Shown here in pieces: positions 8,089 through 17,007 of a stretch of 32,132 nt of DNA. The notes beneath the pieces are model-generated. The model saw nothing but the letters and a program-made list of their open reading frames with translations. It was not told the origin of the DNA and did no database searches. A program made the translations under genes and the position numbers. How positions within the stretch are numbered: position 1 is the first letter of the stretch; each line of letters begins with the position of its first letter. The stretch lies in assembly GCA_964641385.1 (NCBI GenBank), contig CAZXKH010000001.1:556-32687 (forward strand). The letters are read 5' to 3'. This DNA is from an uncultured Clostridia bacterium (GTDB lineage Bacteria; Bacillota; Halanaerobiia; CAZXKH01).

Positions 8089-8211
8089 ATTAGTTTCACC
8101 ATCCTAAAAAAAGAGAATTATCGAGGCCTTTTTATCTTTTCTTTTACTTCGACAAAGAAGAATAAAATCCTGCCTGGAAAAAAATAATCCTGCCCGGTAA
8201 TATATACCATG

Positions 8212-10443
8212 CTAAAGGTGGTAGTAATAGCCCTCCTGCTGTATATATTCCACCAGTGAAGAGTAAAGAGGGTGGGCAGAGATAGTCTCAGCATCACCAA
8301 CAACAATTAGTTTCTTCCTGGCTCTGGTAAGAGCCACATTCAAACGACGCAGATCCTTCAAAAACCCGATTAGCTGCCGTTCATTGCTGCGCACCAGAGA
8401 GATAACCACCAGCTCCTTCTCCCGGCCCTGAAAACCATCTACAGTATCAACCTCCAGCCCTTTATCACTAAGCCCCTTTCTAATCAGGGTAGCCTGATCC
8501 TTATAGGGAGAAATTACAGCTATCTCACTGGGTTTAAGCCCTCCCTGTAGAAAGCTATTGACAATCTCCACCACCAGATCAGCTTCAATGGGATTCTCCA
8601 GGGAGCTAGAATCACCTCTGGAGAATTCGGGAGCCTTCATACCGGCTGTATCGAAAAATATTACCGGGCTCTCCTCTTTAACTGCAAGGGAGCCTGGCGA
8701 TTTCCCTCGGGCCAGAGAGATATCAAGATCCTGCAGGGTATGACGGGCTACCTCAGGAGCACTCTTCAGCCTTCCCTGATAGAAGTGTTGGTTGGAAAAA
8801 TTCATGATCTTATCATGCATCCGATACTGTTCTGTAAGCATACTGGAGGAGCTGGCACCAATTAGCTTCATCAATCGTTCAAAGAGAGAGATCTCAAGCC
8901 CCTCTTTGGCAGCTCTGTAATTTAAGACTGTAGGTGGTAACTGACAGTGATCACCAGCCATTACCACTTTATCGGCCTTAATTAAGGGAATTAAAGCCGA
9001 GGGCTCAGTGGCCTGGGTGGCCTCATCTAAGACCAGCATCTGAAAGCTGTATCCGGAGAGCAACTCTGATCCACTGGTGGAGTTGGTGGTACAGATTACC
9101 TCTGCCTCCTGTAAAAGATCCCTGATAGCCCTCTCCTCTAAAGCCTCAATACGCTGAAAGTATTCATCGATTTCTTCCTGCAGGGAAAGCCACTCGGCCA
9201 TCTCCCTGATTTTATGAGCGGGAACACCCCTTGTTCCCCTGTTTTCCCTTGCCAGTTTCTGAATCTCCTCACCACTCATTCCCCGGCGCCAGCGGCCGCT
9301 GGGATGAGTATACTCTTCCTGCTGATCAAGAAGACGATAGGCCTTCTCCCGTAGCTGAGAGGCCTCTTGATATTCATCCTTCTCCTGTACCAGATAATCA
9401 AGGGTGTGCTGCCTGAGCAGAGGAGTAACTCGAACCGGATGTCCCACCCTGACCACCCTGACGCCCCTCTCCACCAGTCCCTCCACCAGGTTATCAGTGG
9501 CGGTATTGGAGCAGGCGGTGGCCAGGACAGAAAGACCCTCTTTAACCCCCTGCCTGATTACTTCCAACAGAGTAACAGTCTTGCCTGTTCCCGGAGGTCC
9601 GTGAACCAGAAAGAAGTCCTCAGCCTCTAAGGCCCGATGGACAGCCCTTTTCTGTGAAGGGTTAAGACGGGTATCATAGTAATCAGGTTCAGATCGCTCT
9701 TGAAATGAAGGTTCTCTCATGCCCAGCATAACATCTCTAAGCTCTGCCCTCTCCCCTTCTATTTCACGCAGCTGATCAAGGGCTTCAAACATCCGTTGAT
9801 AGGTAATATCATTGATATAGAGATCAAGCCTCAGCGGTTTCTGCTTCAAAAACTCTTTTGAAGGTTTGCTGTCAAAGATCAGACTAATGGAATACTCGGT
9901 CATCTCAGCCACTGTACCGGTAGGATTCTTGGAGGAAAGGGGGTTGCCAGAACTTATAATTAACAGATCCCCAACCTTCAGCTGGTGGTCGGGCAGCTTT
10001 AGACCAGCTTTAAGCTTCATAAACTTAACCAGATGTCTGCCTCCCAGTGATTCCCCCTGATAGCGAGCCTTCATCCTTAAAAGAGCCCGTCCCCTCTTTT
10101 CCCGTTCCAGGCCGGTTAGATTCTTGATCTCCTGTTCATGACGCTCCATCTCTTCCTCACGTTCCAGCTGAACCAGCCCTTTAAAGCCGGTCACATACTC
10201 CTGTAATTCCTCCAGTCCCTCCTCCCGGGTAACCATGACCTCTACTCCGGCTATGGAGTTTTTGTTCATAACCTTAAGCACATGTTCATATACACTCTCT
10301 GCAATCTCCACCACGGCCTTCTGACCCCAAAACTCAATCTTACCAATCTGATCACCATCTATCCTTGCTTCATTGGTAAAGGCACCGACAATATCTCCCG
10401 GACCTGCATCCCTGGGTAAACCAGTCACAATAACTTTTTTCAA
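8212..10443 (-). CDS. IGHMBP2/Upf1-like SF1B helicase with an N-terminal DbpA-type RNA-binding domain
   Basis: Helicase motifs are all present: GPPGTGKT, DEATQATE, VMAGDHCQLPPTV, VDGFQGREKELVVISLVRSN and RRLNVALTRARKKLIVVGD. The protein is collinear with the IGHMBP2 core, including the barrel region LKVGDLLIISSG. The first ~70 aa (GLPRDAGPGDIVGAFTNEARIDGDQIGKIEFWGQKAVVEIA) resemble the DbpA/YxiN C-terminal RBD. TTG start with AGGTG ~9 nt upstream. Confidence 0.85.
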   Translation of the reverse strand: MKKVIVTGLPRDAGPGDIVGAFTNEARIDGDQIGKIEFWGQKAVVEIAESVYEHVLKVMNKNSIAGVEVMVTREEGLEELQEYVTGFKGLVQLEREEEMERHEQEIKNLTGLEREKRGRALLRMKARYQGESLGGRHLVKFMKLKAGLKLPDHQLKVGDLLIISSGNPLSSKNPTGTVAEMTEYSISLIFDSKPSKEFLKQKPLRLDLYINDITYQRMFEALDQLREIEGERAELRDVMLGMREPSFQERSEPDYYDTRLNPSQKRAVHRALEAEDFFLVHGPPGTGKTVTLLEVIRQGVKEGLSVLATACSNTATDNLVEGLVERGVRVVRVGHPVRVTPLLRQHTLDYLVQEKDEYQEASQLREKAYRLLDQQEEYTHPSGRWRRGMSGEEIQKLARENRGTRGVPAHKIREMAEWLSLQEEIDEYFQRIEALEERAIRDLLQEAEVICTTNSTSGSELLSGYSFQMLVLDEATQATEPSALIPLIKADKVVMAGDHCQLPPTVLNYRAAKEGLEISLFERLMKLIGASSSSMLTEQYRMHDKIMNFSNQHFYQGRLKSAPEVARHTLQDLDISLARGKSPGSLAVKEESPVIFFDTAGMKAPEFSRGDSSSLENPIEADLVVEIVNSFLQGGLKPSEIAVISPYKDQATLIRKGLSDKGLEVDTVDGFQGREKELVVISLVRSNERQLIGFLKDLRRLNVALTRARKKLIVVGDAETISAHPLYSSLVEYIQQEGYYYHL

Positions 10444-10513
10444 TGCATCAGCACCTGCCTCCCGAACAACATAAAGGACTATATGATATCAATTCATCTG
10501 TCAGAAACAAAAC

Positions 10514-11365
10514 TTAAGATCCCAGTGTTTCAGCAGCACGAAAGGAGCTGCGTACAAAGGGACCTGAGAAGACATGCATAAAGCCCATCTCTTCTCCCTG
10601 CCGACGGTACTCTTCAAAGATATGGGGCTCGATATATTCTGTTACCTCAAGATGCTGGCTTGATGGCTGGAGGTACTGCCCAATTGTCAAAAGATCACAT
10701 CCCACAGCCCTCAAATCCCTCATCACAGCCAGAATTTCATTCTGATCTTCACCCAGCCCCACCATCAAACCGGATTTAGTATAGATCTCCTGATCAAGTT
10801 CTCCCACCAGCTCTAAGAGCTGCAGTGACTGCTGGTAGTCGGCCTCAGGACGGACAGCTGGATACAGCCGGGGCACTGTTTCCAGGTTGTGGTTATATAC
10901 ATCGGGCCTGGCTGCCACCACTGTATTAATGGCCTCCTTCTGTCCCTGAAAGTCAGGGGTTAAAACCTCCACCCTAACCCCCGAGATGTGGTCCTTAATG
11001 GCCCTGATGGTACGGGCAAAATGACCGGCCCCACCATCATCAAGGTCATCCCTGGTTACCGAAGTCAGTACCACATACTCCAGTCCCAGCTCCTCAGCTG
11101 CAGAGGCAATTCGCTCCGGTTCTCCTGAATCTGGAGGCTTGATTTCGCCCCCCTCTACAGCACAGAAACGGCAGTTTCTGGTACAGATATCCCCCAACAG
11201 CATAAAGGTAGCCGTATCCTGGGCAAAACATTCCAGCTGATTGGGGCACTTGGCGCTCTGGCAGACAGTATTTAAACCATGGCGCTTGAGAATCCCCTTG
11301 GTCTTAACTGAATAATAATTGGAGGGAACCTTCTTTCTGAGCCAGGGGGGAAACCTTCTGCCCAC
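10514..11365 (-). CDS. lipA: Lipoyl synthase
   Basis: CPNQLECF auxiliary cluster motif and [10 protein letters not shown] radical SAM motif. GTG start 5 nt after the alr stop. Confidence 0.9.
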   Translation of the reverse strand: MGRRFPPWLRKKVPSNYYSVKTKGILKRHGLNTVCQSAKCPNQLECFAQDTATFMLLGDICTRNCRFCAVEGGEIKPPDSGEPERIASAAEELGLEYVVLTSVTRDDLDDGGAGHFARTIRAIKDHISGVRVEVLTPDFQGQKEAINTVVAARPDVYNHNLETVPRLYPAVRPEADYQQSLQLLELVGELDQEIYTKSGLMVGLGEDQNEILAVMRDLRAVGCDLLTIGQYLQPSSQHLEVTEYIEPHIFEEYRRQGEEMGFMHVFSGPFVRSSFRAAETLGS

Positions 11366-11370
11366 TTAAA

Positions 11371-12504
11371 TCATCCTTTCTCCTCAATATATATTCTTGG
11401 TACCCTTTTGCCAATCCTGGTTACAACCTCGTAGTTGATCGTCTTCAGCCAGCCAGCCATCTCTGCAGCACTGATCTCATCATCTCCCTGCTGGCCGATA
11501 AGAAGAGCCTCACTTCCGATCTCTACTCCACTAATATCAGTAACATCAATCATGATCTGATCCATGCAGACCCTGCCGATAACAGGTGCCCGCAAACCAT
11601 TAACCAGCACCTCTCCCCGGGTGGAGAGCAGGCGGTCATAGCCATCGGCATAACCCAGGGGCAGAGTAGCCACCCTGGTTCTTTTCTCCGTTAAATAGGT
11701 GCACCCATAGCTGATGGGAGTCCCCGCCTCAACCCATTTGAGATGAACAACCTCTGTCCTCCATCTCAGAGCAGGTTTTAAGTCCAGCTGCTGGCAGACC
11801 TGGTCTGAGGGCCAGAGCCCATAGAGTATCAGTCCCGGTCTAACCATCTGGAGCTGGTAATCAGTCAGGTCCAGAATGGTAGCACTGTTGGCAGCATGGA
11901 GCAGAGAGGGGGGTTTAAGTCCCGCCGCCTTAAAAAGAGCCAGAGAGGCCTGAAATTTCTTCCACTGCTTGTGAGTAAAGGCTTTATCCCCCTCATCAGC
12001 AGCAGCAAAGTGAGTCATTACACCCTCCAGCTTTAGATGAGGAAGGGTTTTAAGTTCCTGTAATAGCCCGGGTAAATTCTCCCTTAGGCAGCCAATACGC
12101 CCCATCCCGGTATCAAGTTTGAGGTGAACCCTAATTTCCCGCTCTCTCTTTTTGGCCTCAGAAGAGAGCAGTACCGCCTCATCCAGCCTGGAAATAGTTG
12201 GGATCAGATTGTAGTCAAAGAGGGCCGACAGCTCCTCCTTCAGGGTCAGGCCCAGAATCTGGATGGGAGAGGCAATCCCCGCCTGACGCAGCTCCACTCC
12301 TTCATCAACAATGGCCACAGCCAGCCTCTCAGCTCCTTCAGACTCCAGAGCACGGGCTACAGGAAGTACCCCATGCCCGTAGGCATCAGCCTTCACCACC
12401 GCCATGATTTTTGTGCCCGGATGTAAATGGTTCCTGATCTCCCGGTAGTTATGAAGAATCTTGCTTATATTTACCTCAGCCCTGGTGGGCCTTTGGGACT
12501 GCAC
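11371..12504 (-). CDS. alr: Alanine racemase
   Basis: VVKADAYGHG PLP-lysine motif and full-length alr-like sequence. GTG start with GAGAGGAGAG 6 nt upstream. Confidence 0.9.
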   Translation of the reverse strand: MQSQRPTRAEVNISKILHNYREIRNHLHPGTKIMAVVKADAYGHGVLPVARALESEGAERLAVAIVDEGVELRQAGIASPIQILGLTLKEELSALFDYNLIPTISRLDEAVLLSSEAKKREREIRVHLKLDTGMGRIGCLRENLPGLLQELKTLPHLKLEGVMTHFAAADEGDKAFTHKQWKKFQASLALFKAAGLKPPSLLHAANSATILDLTDYQLQMVRPGLILYGLWPSDQVCQQLDLKPALRWRTEVVHLKWVEAGTPISYGCTYLTEKRTRVATLPLGYADGYDRLLSTRGEVLVNGLRAPVIGRVCMDQIMIDVTDISGVEIGSEALLIGQQGDDEISAAEMAGWLKTINYEVVTRIGKRVPRIYIEEKG

Positions 12505-12518
12505 ATTAAACTCTCCTC

Positions 12519-12986
12519 TCAGTCATTGGCCAGGGCTCTGATCAGATCAGCCCTGGTAACAATACCAACCAGTTTGTTATTTTTAACTACTGGCAGACGG
12601 TTAACCTTATTCTCTACCATAATCTCTGCCACCTCTTCCAGCTCCTTCTCTTCGGAAACAGTGATGGGATCACTGCTCATTACATCCTCAACCTTTAGAG
12701 CCAGGGTCTTTCTGAGTTTCTCGTTAAACTTTGAAACATTCTCCAGATGGATAATACCGCCCAGAATATTTATAAACTGTGGATAGGAGAGGGGTTTCTT
12801 CTGAAAGAGAAGATCATATTCACTGACTACTCCCACCAGCTGCCCCTCTTCATCCATCACGGGTAAGCCGCTGAAAGAATGCTGACCAAGGACCTCAACT
12901 GCCTCCTTCAAAGGGGCATCCTGATTAATAGTAACCACATCTGTCACCATGATCTCCCGTACCTTAATGGATATCACCCTCTTCAC
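12519..12986 (-). CDS. CBS domain pair protein
   Basis: Two CBS repeats: VREIMVTDVVTI...GLPVMDEEGQLVGVVSEYDLL and VEDVMSSDPITV...RLPVVKNNKLVGIVTRADLIRAL. Start is uncertain. The GTG at 12986 overlaps nnr by 23 nt; the alternative ATG at 12950 would cut into the first CBS motif. Confidence 0.8.
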   Translation of the reverse strand: MKRVISIKVREIMVTDVVTINQDAPLKEAVEVLGQHSFSGLPVMDEEGQLVGVVSEYDLLFQKKPLSYPQFINILGGIIHLENVSKFNEKLRKTLALKVEDVMSSDPITVSEEKELEEVAEIMVENKVNRLPVVKNNKLVGIVTRADLIRALAND

Positions 12987-14526
12987 CAGTTTTTTGTATG
13001 GCCTCCGGTAGAAAGGAGATTAGATCCCCGGCAACCAGTGAGGCCTCTCCCAGTTCCTTACTTCCCAGATCGCCTGCTAATCCATGCAGGAAGACTGCTG
13101 CCGCTGCTGCCTCCAGGGGAGGAAGTGCCTGTCCCAAGAGGGCCGCCATAATTCCGGTCAGCACATCACCACTGCCCGCTGTTGCCATCCCCGGGTTACC
13201 GGTGGTATTAATCATGGTCCTGCCCTCCGGGGAGGAGACAATGGTTGGAACACCCTTCAGCACCACTGTAACCCCATAATCTCGAGCAGTACTCTCAGCA
13301 AACTCCAGCCTTCTCTGCTGGATCTCATTGATCTCTACCCCCAGCAAACGGGATAGCTCTCCCGGATGGGGAGTGATAATAGTGGGAGCCTCCCTTTCTT
13401 TAAGCACCTGGGGTTCCAGCAGATTGATGCCATCAGCATCCAGCAGCAATGGTTTATCTATCTCCAGCAGGGCCCTGCTAACCAGTCGGGCCGTTGAAGC
13501 CTGAACCCCCAGTCCAGGGCCCAGGGCCACCATATTGGCTTTGGGCATCAAATCTGATAACCCTTCAAGGGCCTCTGCAGCCAGATAACCCTCCGGCTCC
13601 TCGGGCAGGGGCCTGGTCATGGTCTCAGTCAGCTTGGCCTCCAGTGGCCCGTTGAGACTGGCCGGCAAACCCAGTGTTAACAACCCACAGCCTGCACGCA
13701 GGGCAGCCCTTGCTGCCAGGGCTGCTGCCCCGGTCATACCGATGGAACCGGCCAGCAGCAGCAGATAACCGTAATCACCCTTATGGCTGTCCCTGGGACG
13801 CTTAAAGAGTAACCCTCCTGCCCACTCAGGGGTAATTAAAGCACGCTGTAATTTAGCCTCCTGCCTAACCCTTTCCGGAATGCCGATATCAACCACTGCC
13901 AGCTCCCCCACATACCGGGGACCGGGATGAAGATACTGACCCAGTTTGGGCAGGCCAAAGGTAACAGTCATGGTGGCTCTGACAGCAGCTCCCAGGGGAT
14001 GACCGGTATCGGCATTGAGACCTGAGGGGATATCGATACTGATCACCGGTAACCGTTCCTGATCCTCCAGCAGTGATATGGTCTCCCCAATCAACCCCCG
14101 CACCTGACCACTGAGACCGGTTCCCAGCAGGGAATCAACCACCAGACCGCAGGAGTTTAAATGGCCCTTAACCTCCTCAATAGACTCCACTTCCTCCAGT
14201 GGGATTTCCAGCTGACGACAGATCTTCATATTTGTCTCCGGTTCACCCTGCAGATCCTTAATAGCACCAAAGAGCAGGAGCTTAACCCGGTATCCCGCCT
14301 CATAAAGCAGACGGGCAATAACCATACCATCACCACCATTATTGCCCTTGCCAGCCAGGATCAAGATCTCTTGATGGGGGTTAAAATTTCTCTTCACCAG
14401 GAAGGAGGATATTAGCTCAAAGGCCCCCAACCCGGCCCTTTCCATCAATACCAGACCTGGTATCCCAATCTCCTGGATAGTCCTCCTGTCCAGTTCCTGC
14501 ATCTTCTTAGCACTGACAATCTCCAT
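12964..14526 (-). CDS. nnr: Bifunctional NAD(P)H-hydrate repair enzyme (epimerase / ADP-dependent dehydratase)
   Basis: N-terminal YjeF-N motif GKGNNGGDG and C-terminal kinase-fold motifs GPGLG and GSGDVLTG. Start moved to the ATG at 14526 (MEIVSAKKMQELD), with AGAAGGAGGA 5 nt upstream. Confidence 0.85.
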   Translation of the reverse strand: MEIVSAKKMQELDRRTIQEIGIPGLVLMERAGLGAFELISSFLVKRNFNPHQEILILAGKGNNGGDGMVIARLLYEAGYRVKLLLFGAIKDLQGEPETNMKICRQLEIPLEEVESIEEVKGHLNSCGLVVDSLLGTGLSGQVRGLIGETISLLEDQERLPVISIDIPSGLNADTGHPLGAAVRATMTVTFGLPKLGQYLHPGPRYVGELAVVDIGIPERVRQEAKLQRALITPEWAGGLLFKRPRDSHKGDYGYLLLLAGSIGMTGAAALAARAALRAGCGLLTLGLPASLNGPLEAKLTETMTRPLPEEPEGYLAAEALEGLSDLMPKANMVALGPGLGVQASTARLVSRALLEIDKPLLLDADGINLLEPQVLKEREAPTIITPHPGELSRLLGVEINEIQQRRLEFAESTARDYGVTVVLKGVPTIVSSPEGRTMINTTGNPGMATAGSGDVLTGIMAALLGQALPPLEAAAAAVFLHGLAGDLGSKELGEASLVAGDLISFLPEAIQKTGEEGDIH

Positions 14527-14920
14527 CCTGATCCTCCTTCTGGGACTGGCCCAGAGCAAGTACCTGGGCCACCGCATAATCCCGGGAATGAGAAAGGCTT
14601 AATAAGAAATCACTGATCCCCAGCTGCAGCTGCCTGCTCCGGGCTCTTTCCCTTAGCAGCAGCCGGGGCCTGCCACTCTCCTCCACTAAGACCTCCAGCT
14701 CCTGAAAACCAAAACCGGAGAAACCGGTACCCATGGCCTTAACACAGGCCTCCTTGGCGGCAAAGCGTGCAGCCAGATGGGGAGCAGGGTCCCCTTTGCT
14801 CAGGCAGTACTCCCTCTCCCCTGTGGTAAAGATCCGCTGCAGAAAGGAAGCGCCAAAACGCTTCAGGCTTTTCTCTATTCTATCAATTTCGATGATATCA
14901 ACACCGATTCCTGTAATCAC
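14507..14920 (-). CDS. acpS: Holo-[acyl-carrier-protein] synthase
   Basis: The ITGIGVDIIEIDRIEK N-terminus is typical of AcpS. The GTG at 14920 gives M-ITGIGVD with GGAAGGA ~9 nt upstream. The track start is the TTG at 14926. Confidence 0.85.
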   Translation of the reverse strand: MITGIGVDIIEIDRIEKSLKRFGASFLQRIFTTGEREYCLSKGDPAPHLAARFAAKEACVKAMGTGFSGFGFQELEVLVEESGRPRLLLRERARSRQLQLGISDFLLSLSHSRDYAVAQVLALGQSQKEDQDGDCQC

Positions 14921-14934
14921 TTTCAATATCCTTC

Positions 14935-16752
14935 CTATTCGACGGTCACACTCTTGGCCAGGTTTCTGGGTTTATCGATATTACAGCCCCGCTTAAGAGC
15001 AGTATAATAGGCCAGAAGCTGCAGGGGCAAAGCCAGCAGCATGGGTGCCAGCTCCCCGGCAAGAGCAGGCAGTACCAGCAGATGATCGGTTAGCTCCTCC
15101 AGACTATCATCTTCAAAGGTTGTGAAAAGAATTATCGGAGCCCGGCGGGCAGAGACCTCCTTAATATTGCTGATCATCTTCTCCTTAACCCCGGGTTGAG
15201 TGCAGAGGGCAATCACCGGTGTCCTCTCCTCTACCAGTGCCAGAGTGCCGTGTTTAAGCTCACCGGCAGCATAGGCTTCAGCATGGAGATAAGAGATCTC
15301 CTTCAGCTTCAAAGCCCCCTCCAGGGCCACAGCATAATCCAGCTGACGACCAATAAAGAAAATACTGGGAGCCTCCTGCAGTAGTGGTATCAGTTCCATG
15401 ATTTTCTCCGGCAACCACTGGAGCAGTTCTTCAGCCATCCCGGGCACTTTTCTCAAAGAGGAGGCCAGTCTTTGATACCTGTCCTCATCTATCTGCTTCC
15501 AGTTCCTGGCCCAGCCAAGGGCTAGAAGGGAGAAGGCCATTACCATTCCCAGGTAGGCCTTGGTTGAAGCCACAGCTATCTCCGGACCTACCCGCAGATA
15601 GAGCACCTCTTCAACCTCCCTGGCAATAGTGCTTCCAATCACATTGACCAGACCCAGGGTCCTGGCTCCTTCCTCTTTGGCCCGGCGCAGAGCAGCAATG
15701 GTATCGGCCGTCTCACCGGACTGACTGACACAGATCAAGAGTGTCCTTCGATCAAGGTGCATTTTACTGTAACGGAATTCAGAGGAGATCTGAACCTCCA
15801 CCGGCAGACCCACCAGCTCCTCCAGCATCTTTTTGCCCACCAGTCCGGAGTAATAGGCGGTACCACAGGCCAGGATCACCACCCTTTCTATATCCCTCAG
15901 CAGAGAGGATAGCTTAGGGGAGAGATCTTCCCCCTCTCCCCAGAGACCGGCTATGGTTCTTTTCAAAGCCTCTGGCTGTTCATTGATCTCCTTGAGCATA
16001 AAATGGTCATAGCCATCCTTACAGGCCATCTCCTGGTCCCAGTCAACTTTAAAACTGCTGCGGGAGATCCTTTCTCCCGCCAGTTCTCTAATCTCAATTC
16101 CATCCTCACTAAGCAGAGCCAGTTCACCATCTTCCATCAGATAAAAATCCCTGGTATAGGGCAAAAGAGCAGGAATATCAGAAGAAAGATAGCTTCCATC
16201 CTCCCCCTTACCCAGAACCAGCGGGCAGTCCTGCCTGACAGCCAGCAGCAGACTGGGATCTTCCCGGGAGAGCAGAGCAAAGGCAAAGGAACCCTCCAGC
16301 TCTTCTGTAGTCCGGGTTACTGCCTCCAGCAGATCGCCCCGGTAATACTCCTCCATCAGGTGAGGAATAACCTCAGTATCAGTGCCTGACCTAAAGGAAT
16401 GGCCACGCTTCGTAAGTCCCTGCTTGAGGGTAAGATAGTTCTCAATAATACCGTTATGAACCACCATAAAGCGCCGGTGGCAGTCATAATGGGGATGAGA
16501 GTTGCTATGGGAAGGCTCTCCATGGGTGGCCCATCTGGTATGTCCGATACCCAGCTGGCCCTGAGGAGTGGAACTCTCCAGCTGCTCACTTAAAACCTCC
16601 AGGCTTCCCCTGCACTTGGTTAATTCAAAACCCTTACCATTCATAACAGCAATACCTGCCGAATCATAACCCCTGTATTCCAATCTTTTCAGGCTTTCGA
16701 TCAGAATAGGAGCTGCCTCTTCAGTACCCACATAACCAATTATTCCACACAT
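14935..16752 (-). CDS. glmS: Glutamine--fructose-6-phosphate aminotransferase
   Basis: The MCGIIGYVG N-terminal nucleophile fixes the start at the ATG at 16752. Two SIS domains follow, and the C-terminus is KSVTVE. Confidence 0.95.
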   Translation of the reverse strand: MCGIIGYVGTEEAAPILIESLKRLEYRGYDSAGIAVMNGKGFELTKCRGSLEVLSEQLESSTPQGQLGIGHTRWATHGEPSHSNSHPHYDCHRRFMVVHNGIIENYLTLKQGLTKRGHSFRSGTDTEVIPHLMEEYYRGDLLEAVTRTTEELEGSFAFALLSREDPSLLLAVRQDCPLVLGKGEDGSYLSSDIPALLPYTRDFYLMEDGELALLSEDGIEIRELAGERISRSSFKVDWDQEMACKDGYDHFMLKEINEQPEALKRTIAGLWGEGEDLSPKLSSLLRDIERVVILACGTAYYSGLVGKKMLEELVGLPVEVQISSEFRYSKMHLDRRTLLICVSQSGETADTIAALRRAKEEGARTLGLVNVIGSTIAREVEEVLYLRVGPEIAVASTKAYLGMVMAFSLLALGWARNWKQIDEDRYQRLASSLRKVPGMAEELLQWLPEKIMELIPLLQEAPSIFFIGRQLDYAVALEGALKLKEISYLHAEAYAAGELKHGTLALVEERTPVIALCTQPGVKEKMISNIKEVSARRAPIILFTTFEDDSLEELTDHLLVLPALAGELAPMLLALPLQLLAYYTALKRGCNIDKPRNLAKSVTVE

Positions 16753-16760
16753 CTATAGTA

Positions 16761-16802
16761 TATACCCTGTCAGCTGATAATAACAGGAAATGACAGGGTA
16801 TA
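16761..16802 (-). promoter_or_regulatory. Perfect 12-bp inverted repeat (RNA hairpin) in the glmS 5' leader, 8 nt upstream of the start codon
   Basis: TATACCCTGTCA (16761-16772) is the exact reverse complement of TGACAGGGTATA (16791-16802), with an 18-nt loop. The structure is certain; the function is unknown. Confidence 0.5.
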
Positions 16803-16849
16803 ATTCACCACCTGCCCTTCCTTTTCTTTTTCTTTATCATGGAATCCAT

Positions 16850-17005
16850 TTCTTTTTCCCTCTGGCCCCGGAATCACTTCCGGGTTTTAAGGAAAAAGTT
16901 TAAAGACCGATGGAAACGGTCTAGGGGCATCCGCCGAATACTTCGATTAACCCCTACCTCGTCAACTTGGGTCATCTCTTCGCCTCCCCCAAGTCCGGGC
17001 GCTGT
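16850..17005 (-). ncRNA. glmS ribozyme: glmS ribozyme (GlcN6P-dependent self-cleaving riboswitch)
   Basis: The minus strand reads A^GCGCCCGGACUUGGGGGAGGCG...GUUGACGAGGUAGGGGUUAAUCGAAGUAUUCGGCGGAUGCCCC..., matching the conserved core (AGCGCC, GACGAGG, AUCGAA, UUCGGCGGAUGCC). A P4/P4.1-like region follows: CUUUUUCC...CCCGGAAGUGAUUCCGGG...GGGAAAAAG. It sits directly upstream of glmS. The 3' boundary is approximate. Confidence 0.9.
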
Positions 17006-17007
17006 AA

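Noticed and set aside
16761-16802. The 12-bp hairpin upstream of glmS, considered as an intrinsic terminator or attenuator.
   Set aside because: No U-tract follows the stem on either strand, so a terminator function is unlikely. It is kept as a translational-control candidate instead.
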